Source: Vicinamibacterales bacterium (GTDB taxonomy: Bacteria; Acidobacteriota; Vicinamibacteria; Vicinamibacterales; UBA8438). Taken from it: a stretch of DNA of 64,000 nucleotides. The DNA lies in assembly GCA_965222905.1 (NCBI GenBank), contig OZ244976.1, forward strand, positions 7,056,020 to 7,120,019, given 5' to 3'. The notes under the pieces were generated by a model, which was given only the letters and a program-made list of their open reading frames with translations, searched no databases and was not told where the DNA came from. Both the position numbers and the translations under genes were made by a program. Below are positions 47,586 to 57,711 of this stretch, one piece after another; positions within the stretch are counted from its first letter, which is position 1; the number at the start of each line of letters is the position of its first letter.

Positions 47586-49378
47586 TAGTGTCAGCCAGAA
47601 AACCCCCGTTCCGGGCGGAGATTTGCGCCAATTCGTGGCATCCTGAGCGTGATTTCGGCACGACCCGGCCGCGACGGAGGCGCCTGACGGGCTGCGGGAT
47701 AGCAAAGGCCAGCAAATCAGCCCGGATGTCCTGTTTCCAGGGACAGTAGGACCGTGCCGTCTCTTGTCGGCTCGGAATCCGGCCTGGTTGTCAGGGCCGG
47801 TCGGTCAGGCGACGAGTCGTTGTCGTTGTCGTTTGCGCTCCCGCTTCTGCAGGATCAATCCGATGCGATGCAGGTTGGCCGCCAGCACCGACAAGGCAAC
47901 CGTCCGCGCGAAGCCGTCCGCACCATGGCTGCGAACGCGGTCGAGTCCCCGATGTTCCAACCCATTGATGGCAGACTCGATCGCCGGATGCGCACGCCGC
48001 GCGGCCGCAAACGACTCCTCCTCTTCACGCTCCCGGTCGGCTTTTGAAAGATACCCTTTCCCCGGCAACGCATTGACGTCGAGCAACGCATCGAGGCGGA
48101 CCCGATTGCCGCGGCTGTGAAAGCCCCGGTCGAAACTGCACGCCCGCAACTCCGGATACAGTGCCTGCGCTTCCTGCACCATCGGCACTGCCACGTCCAC
48201 ATCCTCGCCCTCCCACAGGACCTTGTGGTGAAGGATGAGTTGATACTGATCCTCGATAACGGCGACAGGAACCCCGAGTTCGACCGGCGTGCCCGCCTTG
48301 CCTTTGGAAATCCAACGCGTGTGTCCCTCGAAAATCGAAAAGACCTTCTCCTCGTGAGGTATCGTCTCGCCACGCAGAAGACGCCGCTCCACCTGGTCAA
48401 TCTGCCGCCGGGCGTGAGCGACGAGGCCTGTGATGGAGCGACAGCGCAATTCCCCCACGCCCTGGTCTCGCAACGCGTCGAGCGTTGTCTCCGCCCGCTC
48501 CACCAGCCCCCGGCAGCGCTCCACATACGCCTCCACCCGCTCCGGATGCCGCTGCGCCCGCCGCGTCGAGCGCACCTTGTTGAACAGTTTCTTGACCTCT
48601 CGGGACAGATGGCGCCACTGACGCCACCCGCCCACCGCGTACTTCTCAGCCGCCCGGCCCGTCTCCCGCAGCAGGCAACGCGTCGCGTCCCACAACAGGC
48701 TGACGTCCGTCGGGTAGTGCACGTCCGTTTCAACCACGAACGAATCACACCGCCCGCGCAATGGCTCGCCAGGCTTTTTTTTAGCGACCTTGTGACCGCT
48801 CTCCACCACCAGGCGCCCCACTGCCGACAACAGCTCGGGCGTCAACAAGGACACGTTATCGACTACCGTTTGGTATTCGTAACGCGTCTTGTCATCGAAA
48901 TCGCCGTGTCCCAGGAACTCACGTATCGTCCCATGATGGTTCGTCAGGTCGTGAAGACGGTCGAAGTCGCAACCCAGTCCCTGCTTCAGGACCCCCAGCA
49001 CCAGAATCTGCCACAGGTCCATTCCCGGACGCCCCACCGTGCGATCCGCCTCCGGCAGAATATGCTCGTCCAGCAGTGTCAACAATCGCGCGCGCAACTC
49101 CTCGTCGCCCCAGATGTGCTGAATCCCCTTCAACACCGCCGGGATGTCGTCCCGCGACTTCGGGTTGATCCAGATTTTCTCGATCGGCACCTGCCCGAGC
49201 TGGAACTGCGATCTGTGAACTTCTCTCATGATGGCAATGTCGCGAAGATGGTCCCGGAACGGGTCGATCCTTGGGAGATCACCCGCAAAGAATACGACAT
49301 CTGGACGATCTTCGCCACTTGAAATCGGCGGTTACACCCTGTAGAATCAATGACTTGCGGGTTTTCCGCCGAACACTA
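47586..49378 (-). mobile_element. ISNCY/IS5-like insertion sequence (1793 bp)
   Basis: Imperfect terminal IRs TAGTGTCAGCCAGAAAACCC (47586..) and the reverse complement of ..49378, TAGTGTTCGGCGGAAAACCC. Target duplication not resolved. Confidence 0.7.
47805..49229 (-). CDS. DDE transposase (ISNCY/IS5-like), 474 aa
   Basis: ...RPGMDLWQILVLGVLKQGL...CDSFVVETDVHYPTD...SFDRGFHS...HPAIESAINGLEHRGLDRVRSHG is typical of this IS4/IS5-superfamily group. The exact family was not verified. Confidence 0.7.
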   Translation of the reverse strand: MREVHRSQFQLGQVPIEKIWINPKSRDDIPAVLKGIQHIWGDEELRARLLTLLDEHILPEADRTVGRPGMDLWQILVLGVLKQGLGCDFDRLHDLTNHHGTIREFLGHGDFDDKTRYEYQTVVDNVSLLTPELLSAVGRLVVESGHKVAKKKPGEPLRGRCDSFVVETDVHYPTDVSLLWDATRCLLRETGRAAEKYAVGGWRQWRHLSREVKKLFNKVRSTRRAQRHPERVEAYVERCRGLVERAETTLDALRDQGVGELRCRSITGLVAHARRQIDQVERRLLRGETIPHEEKVFSIFEGHTRWISKGKAGTPVELGVPVAVIEDQYQLILHHKVLWEGEDVDVAVPMVQEAQALYPELRACSFDRGFHSRGNRVRLDALLDVNALPGKGYLSKADREREEEESFAAARRAHPAIESAINGLEHRGLDRVRSHGADGFARTVALSVLAANLHRIGLILQKRERKRQRQRLVA

Positions 49379-49804
49379 CCTATGCACGAGCGTCTCTGCG
49401 AGTCGGTCAATACGCCGACCAACCGGCGTATAAGACACGGCCACGGAAAAGACGAACGCGCCGATGGCGGTGAACGCAGCTTCTGTGTACGCGCCCGGAT
49501 AGTGTGACGCGTGGATCGCGGCGTCCGCGACAAACGTGCAGACCGCGAGGAACACGGACGACGTCCACCGATTGGTGAGATGCCTGGCGTACCGGGTGAG
49601 GGTGACGCCAAGGACTGGAACGACTGCGAGCAGGCCAGTCTGACTGGCAATGCCGATATGACCCAATGTCAGCCCGGCGAGGTTCCCCTGCACCATCAGA
49701 ATCATGCACACGCCGCCAACCTCGACAGCTTTGTGCCCGCATACCGCCAGACGGAACTGGTGCTTTTCGTGCATGCCCATCTTGGTTCCTCGTGCCCCGT
49801 ACAC
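49376..49804 (-). pseudogene. Membrane protein of unknown function, C-terminus separated by the ISNCY-like insertion
   Basis: Four predicted hydrophobic helices; lower GC3. The TAG stop is supplied by the IS end. Reading across the excised IS continues in frame into 47484..47585 (GSTVCDRCSACSAGFSLPEAAGEGRSVFCQFTT*). Confidence 0.4.
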
Positions 49805-49817
49805 GTCGATCCGCCGC

Positions 49818-50060
49818 TCACGCTTCGATCATCCGCGATCGCAGCATCATCCGCACGAACCGCGCGAGGCGCTCCCCGGCCGGCTCGACCCGCTCGCCGC
49901 ATGCGTCGCGCAGCCTCCGGCCCATCTCAGTCAGCGGCGTCTCGCCGTCGCACGCCTTCCAGATGATTCGTCCCGATGTCGTCGAGCCGGACGCGGTAGC
50001 AGGGATCGCCGAGCCGGGCGGCCAGCCAGCGGCCGATGCGACTGTCGCCGAGCTTCGGAC
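49818..50060 (-). pseudogene. PqqD-family (RiPP-recognition-element-like) protein, frameshifted
   Basis: C-terminal part GRIIWKACDGETPLTEMGRRLRDACGERVEPAGERLARFVRMMLRSRMIEA* (ORF 49818..50108). The N-terminal part VLRPKLGDSRIGRWLAARLGDPCYRVRLDDIG is in a second frame, and the GC3 signal switches frame at about 49975. Confidence 0.45.
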
Positions 50061-50187
50061 GCAGCACATGATAACGGTAACACCTGCGGCAGGAGTGCAG
50101 CCGCCCACCGCGTCCGCCTGCTCGGGATCCTGACGTTCGGCGGCCGCCGTTCCCGGCGTGTCACCTTTACGAGCACGACCCCGGGGC

Positions 50188-50946
50188 TCAGAAGCGATAG
50201 CTTGCGCGCGCGGTCACCCGGGCCGTGTCGAGGGCGTCGTAGTTGCGGAGGATCCGCAGCCAGCGGATGTCGACGCCGGTGCCCAGTCCCCGCCACAGCC
50301 GCACGTCGACCCCGCCGCCGAGCACCAGGCCGAGGCCGAGTTCAGAATACGCCGGCCTCTGGAAGGTCCCGGTGTCGCTGAAATGAAGCGCGCCGGCGGC
50401 GTGGACGGTGCCGCCGGCTCGACCAATGGATCGGTTGTCTTCCAACGGAATCCACGGGATCGGATCGATGACGACACTGAAGCGTTCCGTCACCCGTCCG
50501 ATGCCGCCGCCACCCGTGAGGTAGGGGAACAGGCGTCCGTTCGCGATCGGAAACTCGACGGTGAACTTCGTCAGGAACGTCGTCACGTCTCTTCCCCGGT
50601 CCTCGAAGCTGACGGAAGGGAACGGGTAGTCTTCCAGGGCGGCGCCTGCCGTCGAAGTCACGCCGCTGAACACGGAAATGCCGCCGAACAGGGGCGCGGT
50701 CGCCCCGGTTTCGCCGCGTCCCGACAGGTGTGTCAGCTCCAGGTCCAGGCCGAGGTACGGTGTCAGCCGGAGGCCCGCGCCGGCCCCGGTCGCGACGAAC
50801 CTCCCGTCGCCGAACCCGCCGCCGACCAGGCCGTACACGCGCCCGCCGGTATCCGGAACGTCCTGCTGCCCCGCCACCGGCACCGCGGGTAGTGAGAGTG
50901 CGGCAATCGCCAAAACCAGAGTCGCTCGCATCCGCAAGGTCGTCAT
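50188..50946 (-). CDS. Outer-membrane beta-barrel protein (OmpA-barrel/OmpW-like)
   Basis: Signal peptide, alternating Gly/aromatic beta-strand pattern, C-terminal ...ARASYRF. Confidence 0.7.
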   Translation of the reverse strand: MTTLRMRATLVLAIAALSLPAVPVAGQQDVPDTGGRVYGLVGGGFGDGRFVATGAGAGLRLTPYLGLDLELTHLSGRGETGATAPLFGGISVFSGVTSTAGAALEDYPFPSVSFEDRGRDVTTFLTKFTVEFPIANGRLFPYLTGGGGIGRVTERFSVVIDPIPWIPLEDNRSIGRAGGTVHAAGALHFSDTGTFQRPAYSELGLGLVLGGGVDVRLWRGLGTGVDIRWLRILRNYDALDTARVTARASYRF

Positions 50947-51094
50947 CGTCGGTCACTCCGGGCCGCACGGTCGCGCGCGGCGGTTTCGGGCAGGCAGTCA
51001 GGCTGGCTCCTTCCAGTATAGATAGAGGGACACGTCTCAGCCCTTGGCTTTCCTTCCAGTCGGCCGGACCCTCGCGAACGGTCCTTGAGACGGC

Positions 51095-51290
51095 CTCTCT
51101 CGCTCATTTCGTGAGCGTGCTGGAGCATCTTGGGCAGCGTCGTTGCGGATACCGGCTTCCCGCGCCGGCTGGGGAACACCAGCGGACTGCCGGCGTCGCC
51201 GAGCCTGCGGGCCTCGTCAAGAATCTCCACGGCCCGCCCGCACAACGGGACCCGGTGCTCGCGAGCGCCTTCATGCCGACCGCGCCGATG
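51095..51290 (-). pseudogene. Second tyrosine-integrase fragment
   Basis: REHRVPLCGRAVEILDEARRLGDAGSPLVFPSRRGKPVSATTLPKMLQ within ORF 50943..51593. It parallels KREHRVPLSDAALAILRE...YVFASERTGRP of the integrase at 16190..17236. Neither an N-terminal nor a catalytic C-terminal part is present. Confidence 0.55.
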
Positions 51291-51295
51291 AGGTG

Positions 51296-53071
51296 TCAAG
51301 GCAGGGCAAACACGAAGAGGTTGTTCCCCAGGCTCGGGCGCAGCTCCGGGGTCAGCACCAGGAGGCCTCCCGACGTGCCGGCCACACCGGTGCTCACTGC
51401 CACGTACTGCCGGCCGTCGACGGCATACGTGATCGGGAACCCGGTTACCGGCGATCCGAGGTTGATCTCCCAGAGAACCTCCCCCGTCTCGTGGTCGAAC
51501 GCCCGAAAGCGCCCGTTCGCGTCGCCCCCGAAGACGAGGCCGCCGCCCGTGGCGACGAGGGACATCGTCATCGCCCGCTGGTCGTGCTGCCAAACGGTCT
51601 CCCCGGTCTCCACCGAGATCGCGCGCACCGTGCCGAGCTGGTCGAAGCCGGGCGCGAACTGGTTGCGCACGGCCAGCGAGTACAACCGGGCCCCGAGGTC
51701 ATCCTCCCGCGGGGGCGTCGCCATCATCCGCGCGCAGGCGTTGCGGAGCGGGAAGTACATCGTGTTGGTCAGAGGACTGTACGCGCCCGCCTCCCAGTCC
51801 TTGCCGCCGAGCCACGTCGGGCAGGCGAGAACATCCTGGCCGATCCCCGTGAAGACGACCTCCGCGTTCTCCGTCACCGTGCCGGTGGCGCCGTCGATGT
51901 CGCTGATGACGTTCTGGGTGACGGTAGGCGTAGCCCACAGGAACTCGCCGGTCTCCCGGTCGAGGGTATAGACCACCCCGGTCTTGCCGGGAATCCCCGT
52001 GACGACCTTCCGCTCTTCCCCCGCGCGCAGCCGGGGATTGATCCAGCTCACCGCATCGGGATCGGGCGCAACGACGGTGTCGACCAGCAGGCGCTCGAAC
52101 GGGTGATCGAGGTCCCAGTGGTCGTTCAGATGCTGGTAGAACCAGCGGATCTCACCCGTGGCGCCGTCGAGCGCGAGGGTCGAGTTGTGATACAGGTGCG
52201 TGTTGTCGGTGCCGCCGAGCAGGAACTTCGGGGCGGGCGACGTGACCGACGTTCCGATGTAGACGAGATCCAGCGCCGGATCGTAGCTCGGCACCATCCA
52301 CGCCCCGACGTGCGCGCGCTGCTCGAACGGCACGCCGCCCCACGTCTCGTCGCCGGGCTCGCCGGGACCGGGGATCGTCCGCCGGCGCCAGAGCTCCGCC
52401 CCCGTCGCCGCGTCATGGGCCGTTATGACGCAGGCATCCGGACCGCCCAGCGGCATGCAGCTACGCCCCGAGACCACTCTGCCGTTGGCGACGATCGGGC
52501 CGGAAGTCTGGTTGGCCGGGTGCGTGCGGTAGTCGAGGATCTGCGTCTCCCACGCCGGCTCGCCCGTCGTCGCGTCGACCGCGTAGACGTAGTCGTCGGC
52601 GCTGTTGTCGATGATCAGGTTGCCGTAGATGGCGACGTTGCGGTTGGTGGCGACCGCGAAGAGGTAGTCGTCGAGGTCGTCCGGGAGGTCGCGACGGTAC
52701 TCCCACAGTAGATCGCCGGTGACCGCATCGATGGCCTGGATGATGTCGCGCGGGTTCGGCATGTAGAGCACGCCGCCGTAGGCGAGCGGCGTCCCCTCCT
52801 GCGTGCCGGGCATCAACGCGCGCGACCAGACCATGCGCAGATCGCCGACGTTCTCCTGTGTGATCGAATCCAGCGGGCTGTAGCCCCAACCGTCGAGCGT
52901 CCGGCGCCACATCAGCCAGTCCGCCGGATCGGGATCTTGCAGCATCGCGTCGGTGACCGGGACGAAGTCCTCGTCCTGCGCCCAGCCGGGGACTTCGGCC
53001 GCGACGACGAGCGCCACGCACGTCAACACCGCCAAGCAGGTCCGGGACGTAGCCGATCGCGTCGCACGCAT
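51296..53071 (-). CDS. PQQ-dependent dehydrogenase (quinoprotein alcohol/sugar dehydrogenase family), secreted
   Basis: GGAGGAGG RBS and signal peptide. VTDAMLQDPDPADWLMWRRTLDGWGYSPL...AIDAVTGDLLWEY... and eight-bladed propeller W-motif repeats throughout. Confidence 0.85.
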   Translation of the reverse strand: MRATRSATSRTCLAVLTCVALVVAAEVPGWAQDEDFVPVTDAMLQDPDPADWLMWRRTLDGWGYSPLDSITQENVGDLRMVWSRALMPGTQEGTPLAYGGVLYMPNPRDIIQAIDAVTGDLLWEYRRDLPDDLDDYLFAVATNRNVAIYGNLIIDNSADDYVYAVDATTGEPAWETQILDYRTHPANQTSGPIVANGRVVSGRSCMPLGGPDACVITAHDAATGAELWRRRTIPGPGEPGDETWGGVPFEQRAHVGAWMVPSYDPALDLVYIGTSVTSPAPKFLLGGTDNTHLYHNSTLALDGATGEIRWFYQHLNDHWDLDHPFERLLVDTVVAPDPDAVSWINPRLRAGEERKVVTGIPGKTGVVYTLDRETGEFLWATPTVTQNVISDIDGATGTVTENAEVVFTGIGQDVLACPTWLGGKDWEAGAYSPLTNTMYFPLRNACARMMATPPREDDLGARLYSLAVRNQFAPGFDQLGTVRAISVETGETVWQHDQRAMTMSLVATGGGLVFGGDANGRFRAFDHETGEVLWEINLGSPVTGFPITYAVDGRQYVAVSTGVAGTSGGLLVLTPELRPSLGNNLFVFALP

Positions 53072-53129
53072 GATGCCTCCTCCGGGAACTGCGCCCGGTC
53101 ACCGGCGCGATTATACGCACGTGCCGTGT

Positions 53130-53546
53130 TCAGGCGGGTGCCGGCCAGGGGTCCCGGGGCGCCCGTATCTCGAACACGTACCTCTGCAGCTCCAATGCGT
53201 GATCGAACTCCTCGCCGTGGCGGCGCCTCAGCTCTACGAACTCCTCGAACATCTGCCGCCGGATCTCGCCTTCCTCTTCGAGCAGCGCGTACACCGCCTG
53301 TTCATGGGAGTGTCCGGTCTGCGCGGCCAACAGAGCCGCGAGCACTTTCACCTCCCCCAGTGGGTCTTCCTGCTTGAGCACTACAGGCCGCAAACGGTCG
53401 GGAGCGGGTCCTCGGGGTCCTTTGGTCCATGCGTCGATGATTCTTCCCCAGCGTTGTGCGGTTCTCTGAGCCGGCCCCGTCCGATCTCGCCCATCCCGAT
53501 TCCTACCCCGGCACGCAACAGCCCCGTGCGGGACACGCGGCGGCAC
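53130..53546 (-). CDS. Hypothetical protein
   Basis: Good GC3 in the C-terminal two thirds (…HEQAVYALLEEEGEIRRQMFEEFVELRRRHGEEFDHALELQRYVFEI…). The start is uncertain and no family was recognised. Confidence 0.35.
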   Translation of the reverse strand: MPPRVPHGAVACRGRNRDGRDRTGPAQRTAQRWGRIIDAWTKGPRGPAPDRLRPVVLKQEDPLGEVKVLAALLAAQTGHSHEQAVYALLEEEGEIRRQMFEEFVELRRRHGEEFDHALELQRYVFEIRAPRDPWPAPA

Positions 53547-53709
53547 GTTGCCCGGCTGAGCGAGCCGGCCTCCTAACCCATCTTTAGCAAGATTCCCGAC
53601 AATTTTGTAGATTTAGGCGATATTTCGAGGATCGCATCCCCATAACTTGTTGATTCTAAAGGATCGGGTGTTGGCGGTACTGAATGTAGTGCCATAATCG
53701 TGTGAGTGG

Positions 53710-54441
53710 TTGTTGCTTCTGGGGACGTGCACCCGCTATCGTGGGCGTGTGTTCATTCGCCGCACCCAAACCCGGCGGACCGCCGACGGACAGCCCTACT
53801 TCTCGCATCGCCTCGTCCACTCCGAGCGCATCGGCAACGCCGTCCGCCAGCGCACCCTGCTCAATCTCGGACGCCACTTCGACATTCCCCAGGCGCAATG
53901 GCCGCTGGTCTGCTCCCGCAGCGACGACATCCTGGCCGGCCAGACGCCCCTGGTGGCCGATTGCCCGGCCGCCGTCGAACGCGAAGCGCAGCGCATAGCC
54001 GCACAGTTGGTCGCCCGCGGCACACCGGTGCAGGGACCGGCAGCCGGGCCGACAGACGTGCAGCCGGTCGACGTCGACTCGTTGCGCCTGGTCCGCCCCC
54101 GCAGCGTCGGCGTCGAGCAGGTCGGCCTGTGGGCCCTGGAGCAATTGGGCCTGCCGGCCCTGCTGACCGAGTTGGGCGTCAACGGCGCGTTGCGCACCGC
54201 GGCGACCGGCGCCGTCGTCGGACGCCTGGCCCAGCCGGCCTCGGAGCGCGCCACGCACCGCTGGCTGCAGCAACGCAGCGGCCTCGGCGAGTTGCTCGGC
54301 GTCGACTTCGAGACCGTCAGCCCGATGCAGCTCTACCGCGCCTCGGATGCGCTGGTGAAGCACCGCGAGGCGATCGAGGCGCATCTGTTCGAGCGGGCCA
54401 TGGGACTGTTCGACCTGCAGCCGACGGTGACCCTCTACGAC
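53710..54441 (+). pseudogene. IS1634-family transposase, N-terminal 244 codons (interrupted)
   Basis: Identical to copy 1 except VGVEQV versus VGVKQV and LQQRSG versus LQERSG. It breaks after ...TVTLYD. Confidence 0.85.
54431..54441. repeat. 11-bp target-site duplication CCCTCTACGAC (left copy) of the nested IS4-family element
   Basis: The same 11-mer occurs at 56479..56489. The uninterrupted copy 1 has this sequence once. Confidence 0.9.
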
Positions 54442-54604
54442 CAGCCCTTTCAAGGTGCTAATTGATACTCATACAAGGACTTAGTCATTAGCCAGGCTTC
54501 TGCGGCTGCCAGAGAAGGGCACGGTCGGCTTGCTCGCTTGGCGTTTGGAGGGGCCTCCGCGTCGGGCGTGATGCGCCGTTCCAATCCCAGAAACCGCTGG
54601 ACAT

Positions 54605-56059
54605 TTGCACCTCCGATCGCCAGACTCGTCTGGGAGAGCGCCTCTCTCGATGGGCGCGATTGGAGGTGCCATGGTACTGGATGCGTTTTTCCGCCGAGCC
54701 AGCGAGACGTTTCCGATCCCGGTGATGCTGCGAGCGCTGCTCGAACGCGTCTTCGAACCCGCCCGCCTCAACGACTGGTTCGAGGCCGTCACCGAGAAGC
54801 AGTATACGCGGGAGCTGCTGTTCTCGTCGGCGTTCGAGCTGATGAGTGTGGTGGTCTTCAAAGCCTTTGGGAGTGTCCATGCCGCGTATCAGGCGAAGCG
54901 GACGGCGGGGGAGATCACGGTCTCCGTCACGTCGGTGTACAACAAGCTCAACGGCGTGGAGGCCCAGACCTCCCGGGCGTTGGTGCGCGACACCGCGGGG
55001 CACCTCCGCCACCTCGTCGAGGACGTGCAGGGGGGCTGTCGCCCGTGGCTGCCGGGCTATCGGGTGAAAGTCCTGGATGGGAACTGCATTGCAGCGACGG
55101 AGCATCGCCTGCAGGTGTTGCGCACCACCGCCGCGGGACCGCTGCCAGGCAAGGCGCTGGTGGTCTATGACCCGGCGGTGGAGATGGCGATCGATGTCTT
55201 CCCGTGCGAAGACGGGCACGCACAAGAACGGGCCCTGTTGGGCGAGGTGGTGCCGACGGTCCAAGCGGGCGATCTCTGGATCATGGATCGCAATTTCTGC
55301 GTCCGTGCGTTCCTGGCCGGCATCGAGACCCGCGCCGGCACATTCCTGTGCCGCTACCACAAAGGCCTGCCGGTGACCGCGCTGGCGCCGGCGCGGTTCG
55401 TGGGGTCGATCGAGACCGGGGAAGTGTATGAACAGCAGGTCGAAGTCCTCATGGCGCCGCGCCCGGGCGAGGACGCGGACGACGTCCGCATCTATCGCCT
55501 GGTCCGGGTCGAACTCACCCGTGCGACCCGCGGCGGCGACAAGACCTTGCTCCTGCTGACCGACCTGTCGAAGTCGGCCGCCACGGGGAAGCAAGTCGCG
55601 GAGCTGTATCGGCGGCGGTGGACGATTGAGACGATGTTCCAGCAGCTGGAAGCGCACCTGCACTCGGAAGTGAACACGCTCGGGTATCCCGCGGCCGCCC
55701 TGTTCGCGTTCTGCGTCGCGCTCGTGGCCTATAACGTGCTGGCGGTGGTGAAGGGGGCCCTTCGCGGCCTGCACGGCGAGCAGACGATCCACGACAGGGT
55801 CTCCGGCTACTACATCGCGGGCGAGATCGGCCGGACCTATGAAGCGCTGCTGGGGTTCGTCCCGGCCGACCAGTGGACGCAGGTGCAGGCCCTCTCGCAT
55901 GAAGCCTTCCTCACGCTTCTTATGGGGCTTGCCCGGGCGGTGGATCTGGCGAAGTACCGCAAGCATCCCCGCGGGCCCAAGAAGCCGAAGCCCAAGCGCA
56001 CCATGCATGCCGGCCAGCCCCACGTTTCCACCGCCAAGCTCTTGGGGAAGAAACGATGA
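54605..56059 (+). CDS. IS4-family DDE transposase
   Basis: VKVLDGNCI, LWIMDRNF and YRRRWTIETMFQQLEAHL (the Y-R-E signature). The true start may be an internal Met (54650 or 54671). Confidence 0.8.
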   Translation: MHLRSPDSSGRAPLSMGAIGGAMVLDAFFRRASETFPIPVMLRALLERVFEPARLNDWFEAVTEKQYTRELLFSSAFELMSVVVFKAFGSVHAAYQAKRTAGEITVSVTSVYNKLNGVEAQTSRALVRDTAGHLRHLVEDVQGGCRPWLPGYRVKVLDGNCIAATEHRLQVLRTTAAGPLPGKALVVYDPAVEMAIDVFPCEDGHAQERALLGEVVPTVQAGDLWIMDRNFCVRAFLAGIETRAGTFLCRYHKGLPVTALAPARFVGSIETGEVYEQQVEVLMAPRPGEDADDVRIYRLVRVELTRATRGGDKTLLLLTDLSKSAATGKQVAELYRRRWTIETMFQQLEAHLHSEVNTLGYPAAALFAFCVALVAYNVLAVVKGALRGLHGEQTIHDRVSGYYIAGEIGRTYEALLGFVPADQWTQVQALSHEAFLTLLMGLARAVDLAKYRKHPRGPKKPKPKRTMHAGQPHVSTAKLLGKKR

Positions 56060-56301
56060 CACTCCCACGCGACTCGGAGGGGCCCAGGAGCTACCGGCAC
56101 GTCTCGTCCTCAACCGTGGCGGCGATTACCTATGAGCGCTCGACGCGCACGCTCGGGATCCGCTTTCAGCGCGGCGCTGAGTACCGGTATTTCTCCGTTC
56201 CTGAGACGGTCTACCTCGAGTTGCGCTCTGCGGATTCCAAAGGGCGATACTTCAACGCTCGGATACGAGATGCTGGGTATACGTGTCAGCGGGTACACTA
56301 G
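56056..56301 (+). CDS. KTSC-domain protein (passenger gene inside the IS4-family element)
   Basis: VSSSTVAAITYERSTRTLGIRFQRGAEYRYFSVPETVYLELRSADSKGRYFNARIR matches the KTSC domain pattern. The ATGA start/stop overlaps the transposase gene. Confidence 0.7.
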   Translation: MTLPRDSEGPRSYRHVSSSTVAAITYERSTRTLGIRFQRGAEYRYFSVPETVYLELRSADSKGRYFNARIRDAGYTCQRVH

Positions 56302-56478
56302 ATTCCTTGAGCGGCCGGGATCTTTACAGTTGAGTCAAGTTCAGGTTTTGATCGTGGTTTCTTCGCTACCATAGCGCCCCCAATGGCCAAAGGGCCACGC
56401 GGCGAGGCGCACGCTCAACCTACATGCTTGTTGGTCTGAGGCGGAGCCTCGCTAGTGACGTGCACCTTGAAAGGGCTG

Positions 56479-56489
56479 CCCTCTACGAC
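56479..56489. repeat. 11-bp target-site duplication CCCTCTACGAC (right copy)
   Basis: See 54431..54441. Confidence 0.9.
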
Positions 56490-57605
56490 CTGACCAACAC
56501 CTATTTCGAAGGCGAGGCGGGCGCGCAGCCGCAGGCAAAGCGCGGGCACTCGAAAGAGAAGCGCAGCGACTGTCCGCTGCTGACCCTGGGCCTGATGCTC
56601 GACGCCAGCGGCTTCGTGCGCCGCTCGCAGGTCTTCGCCGGCAACGTCCGGGAACACCGCACCCTGGCCGGCATGCTGGAGGCACTCGATGCGCCGGCCG
56701 GCGCCCTGGTGGTGATGGACCGCGGCGTCGCCACCGAGGCCGCCATCGGGTGGCTGCGCGACAACCGCTACCGCTATCTGGTCGTCAGCCGTGAACGCCA
56801 CCGGCAGTTCGACGCCGAGGCCGCCGTGGCGGTCCGCACGCAGTCGAACCACACCGTGCATCTGCACAAGGTCGTCTCGACCGACCCCGGCGAGGTCCGC
56901 CTGTACTGCTACTCCGAAGAGCGGGCCCACAAGGAGCGGGCCATCGTTGAGCGGGCCGCCGCCCGCTTCGAGGCCGCGCTGACCACGCTCAACGAGGGGC
57001 TGGCGCGCCCCCGCGCCCACAAGCGCCTCGGACAGGTCTGGCAGCGCATTGGGCGACTGAGAGCCAAGCATACCCGCGTCGCCAAGCACTACCAGATCGA
57101 GGTCACCCCCGACCAGACCGGCGAGAAGGCCGCCGCCGTCACCTGGACCCGTCGCCCCCAGGACGGCTCGATGGCCACCCATCCGGGCGTCTACTGCCTG
57201 CGCAGCAGCGAGACCGACTGGGACGAAGACGCCTTGTGGCGCACCTACACCACCCTCACCGACGTCGAAGCCGTCTTCCGCGCACTGAAGTCCGAACTCG
57301 GCCTGCGCCCCATCTACCACCACAAGCCGCAGCGGGCCGATGGCCACCTGTTCATCACCGTCATCGCCTACCAGCTCGTGCAGGTCATCCGCACCCGGCT
57401 GCGAGCCCACGGCGAACACGCCAGTTGGACCACCCTGCGCCGCATCCTCGAAGGCCAGCAGCGCGTCACCGCCACCTTCCGGCGCCCCGACGGGCGCACC
57501 CTGCACGTGCGCACCGCCACGCAGGCCGAACCCGAACAGCGGGCCATCTACGACGCGCTCGGCGTCGACCCGCAACCGGGAGGCGTCCGCAAGACAACCA
57601 TCTGA
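56490..57605 (+). pseudogene. IS1634-family transposase, C-terminal 371 codons (interrupted)
   Basis: Resumes with LTNTYFEGEAG... 244 + 371 = 615 codons, equal to the intact copy 1. Confidence 0.85.
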
Positions 57606-57711
57606 CCGACCCATTTCCCGGTTTGCGCAGGTTTGTAGTGCCACTCGAGCGCTTTTGTCGCTGTAAGTTGCTGATTCCGCGTTGCTTAGTACTGCGGCTG
57701 TTAAACTTGGG

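Larger units (their letters stand above)
54442..56478 (+). mobile_element. IS4-family insertion sequence (2037 bp) carrying a KTSC-domain passenger gene
   Basis: Perfect 17-bp terminal IRs CAGCCCTTTCAAGGTGC (54442..54458; reverse complement at 56462..56478). 11-bp target duplication. Inserted in the transposase gene of IS1634-like copy 2. Confidence 0.9.
53577..57711 (+). mobile_element. IS1634-family-like insertion sequence, copy 2, interrupted by a nested IS4-family element
   Basis: Collinear with copy 1 apart from a few substitutions and the 2048-bp insert (2037-bp IS plus 11-bp duplication). Flanked by identical CTAA tetranucleotides (53573..53576 and 57712..57715). Confidence 0.85.
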
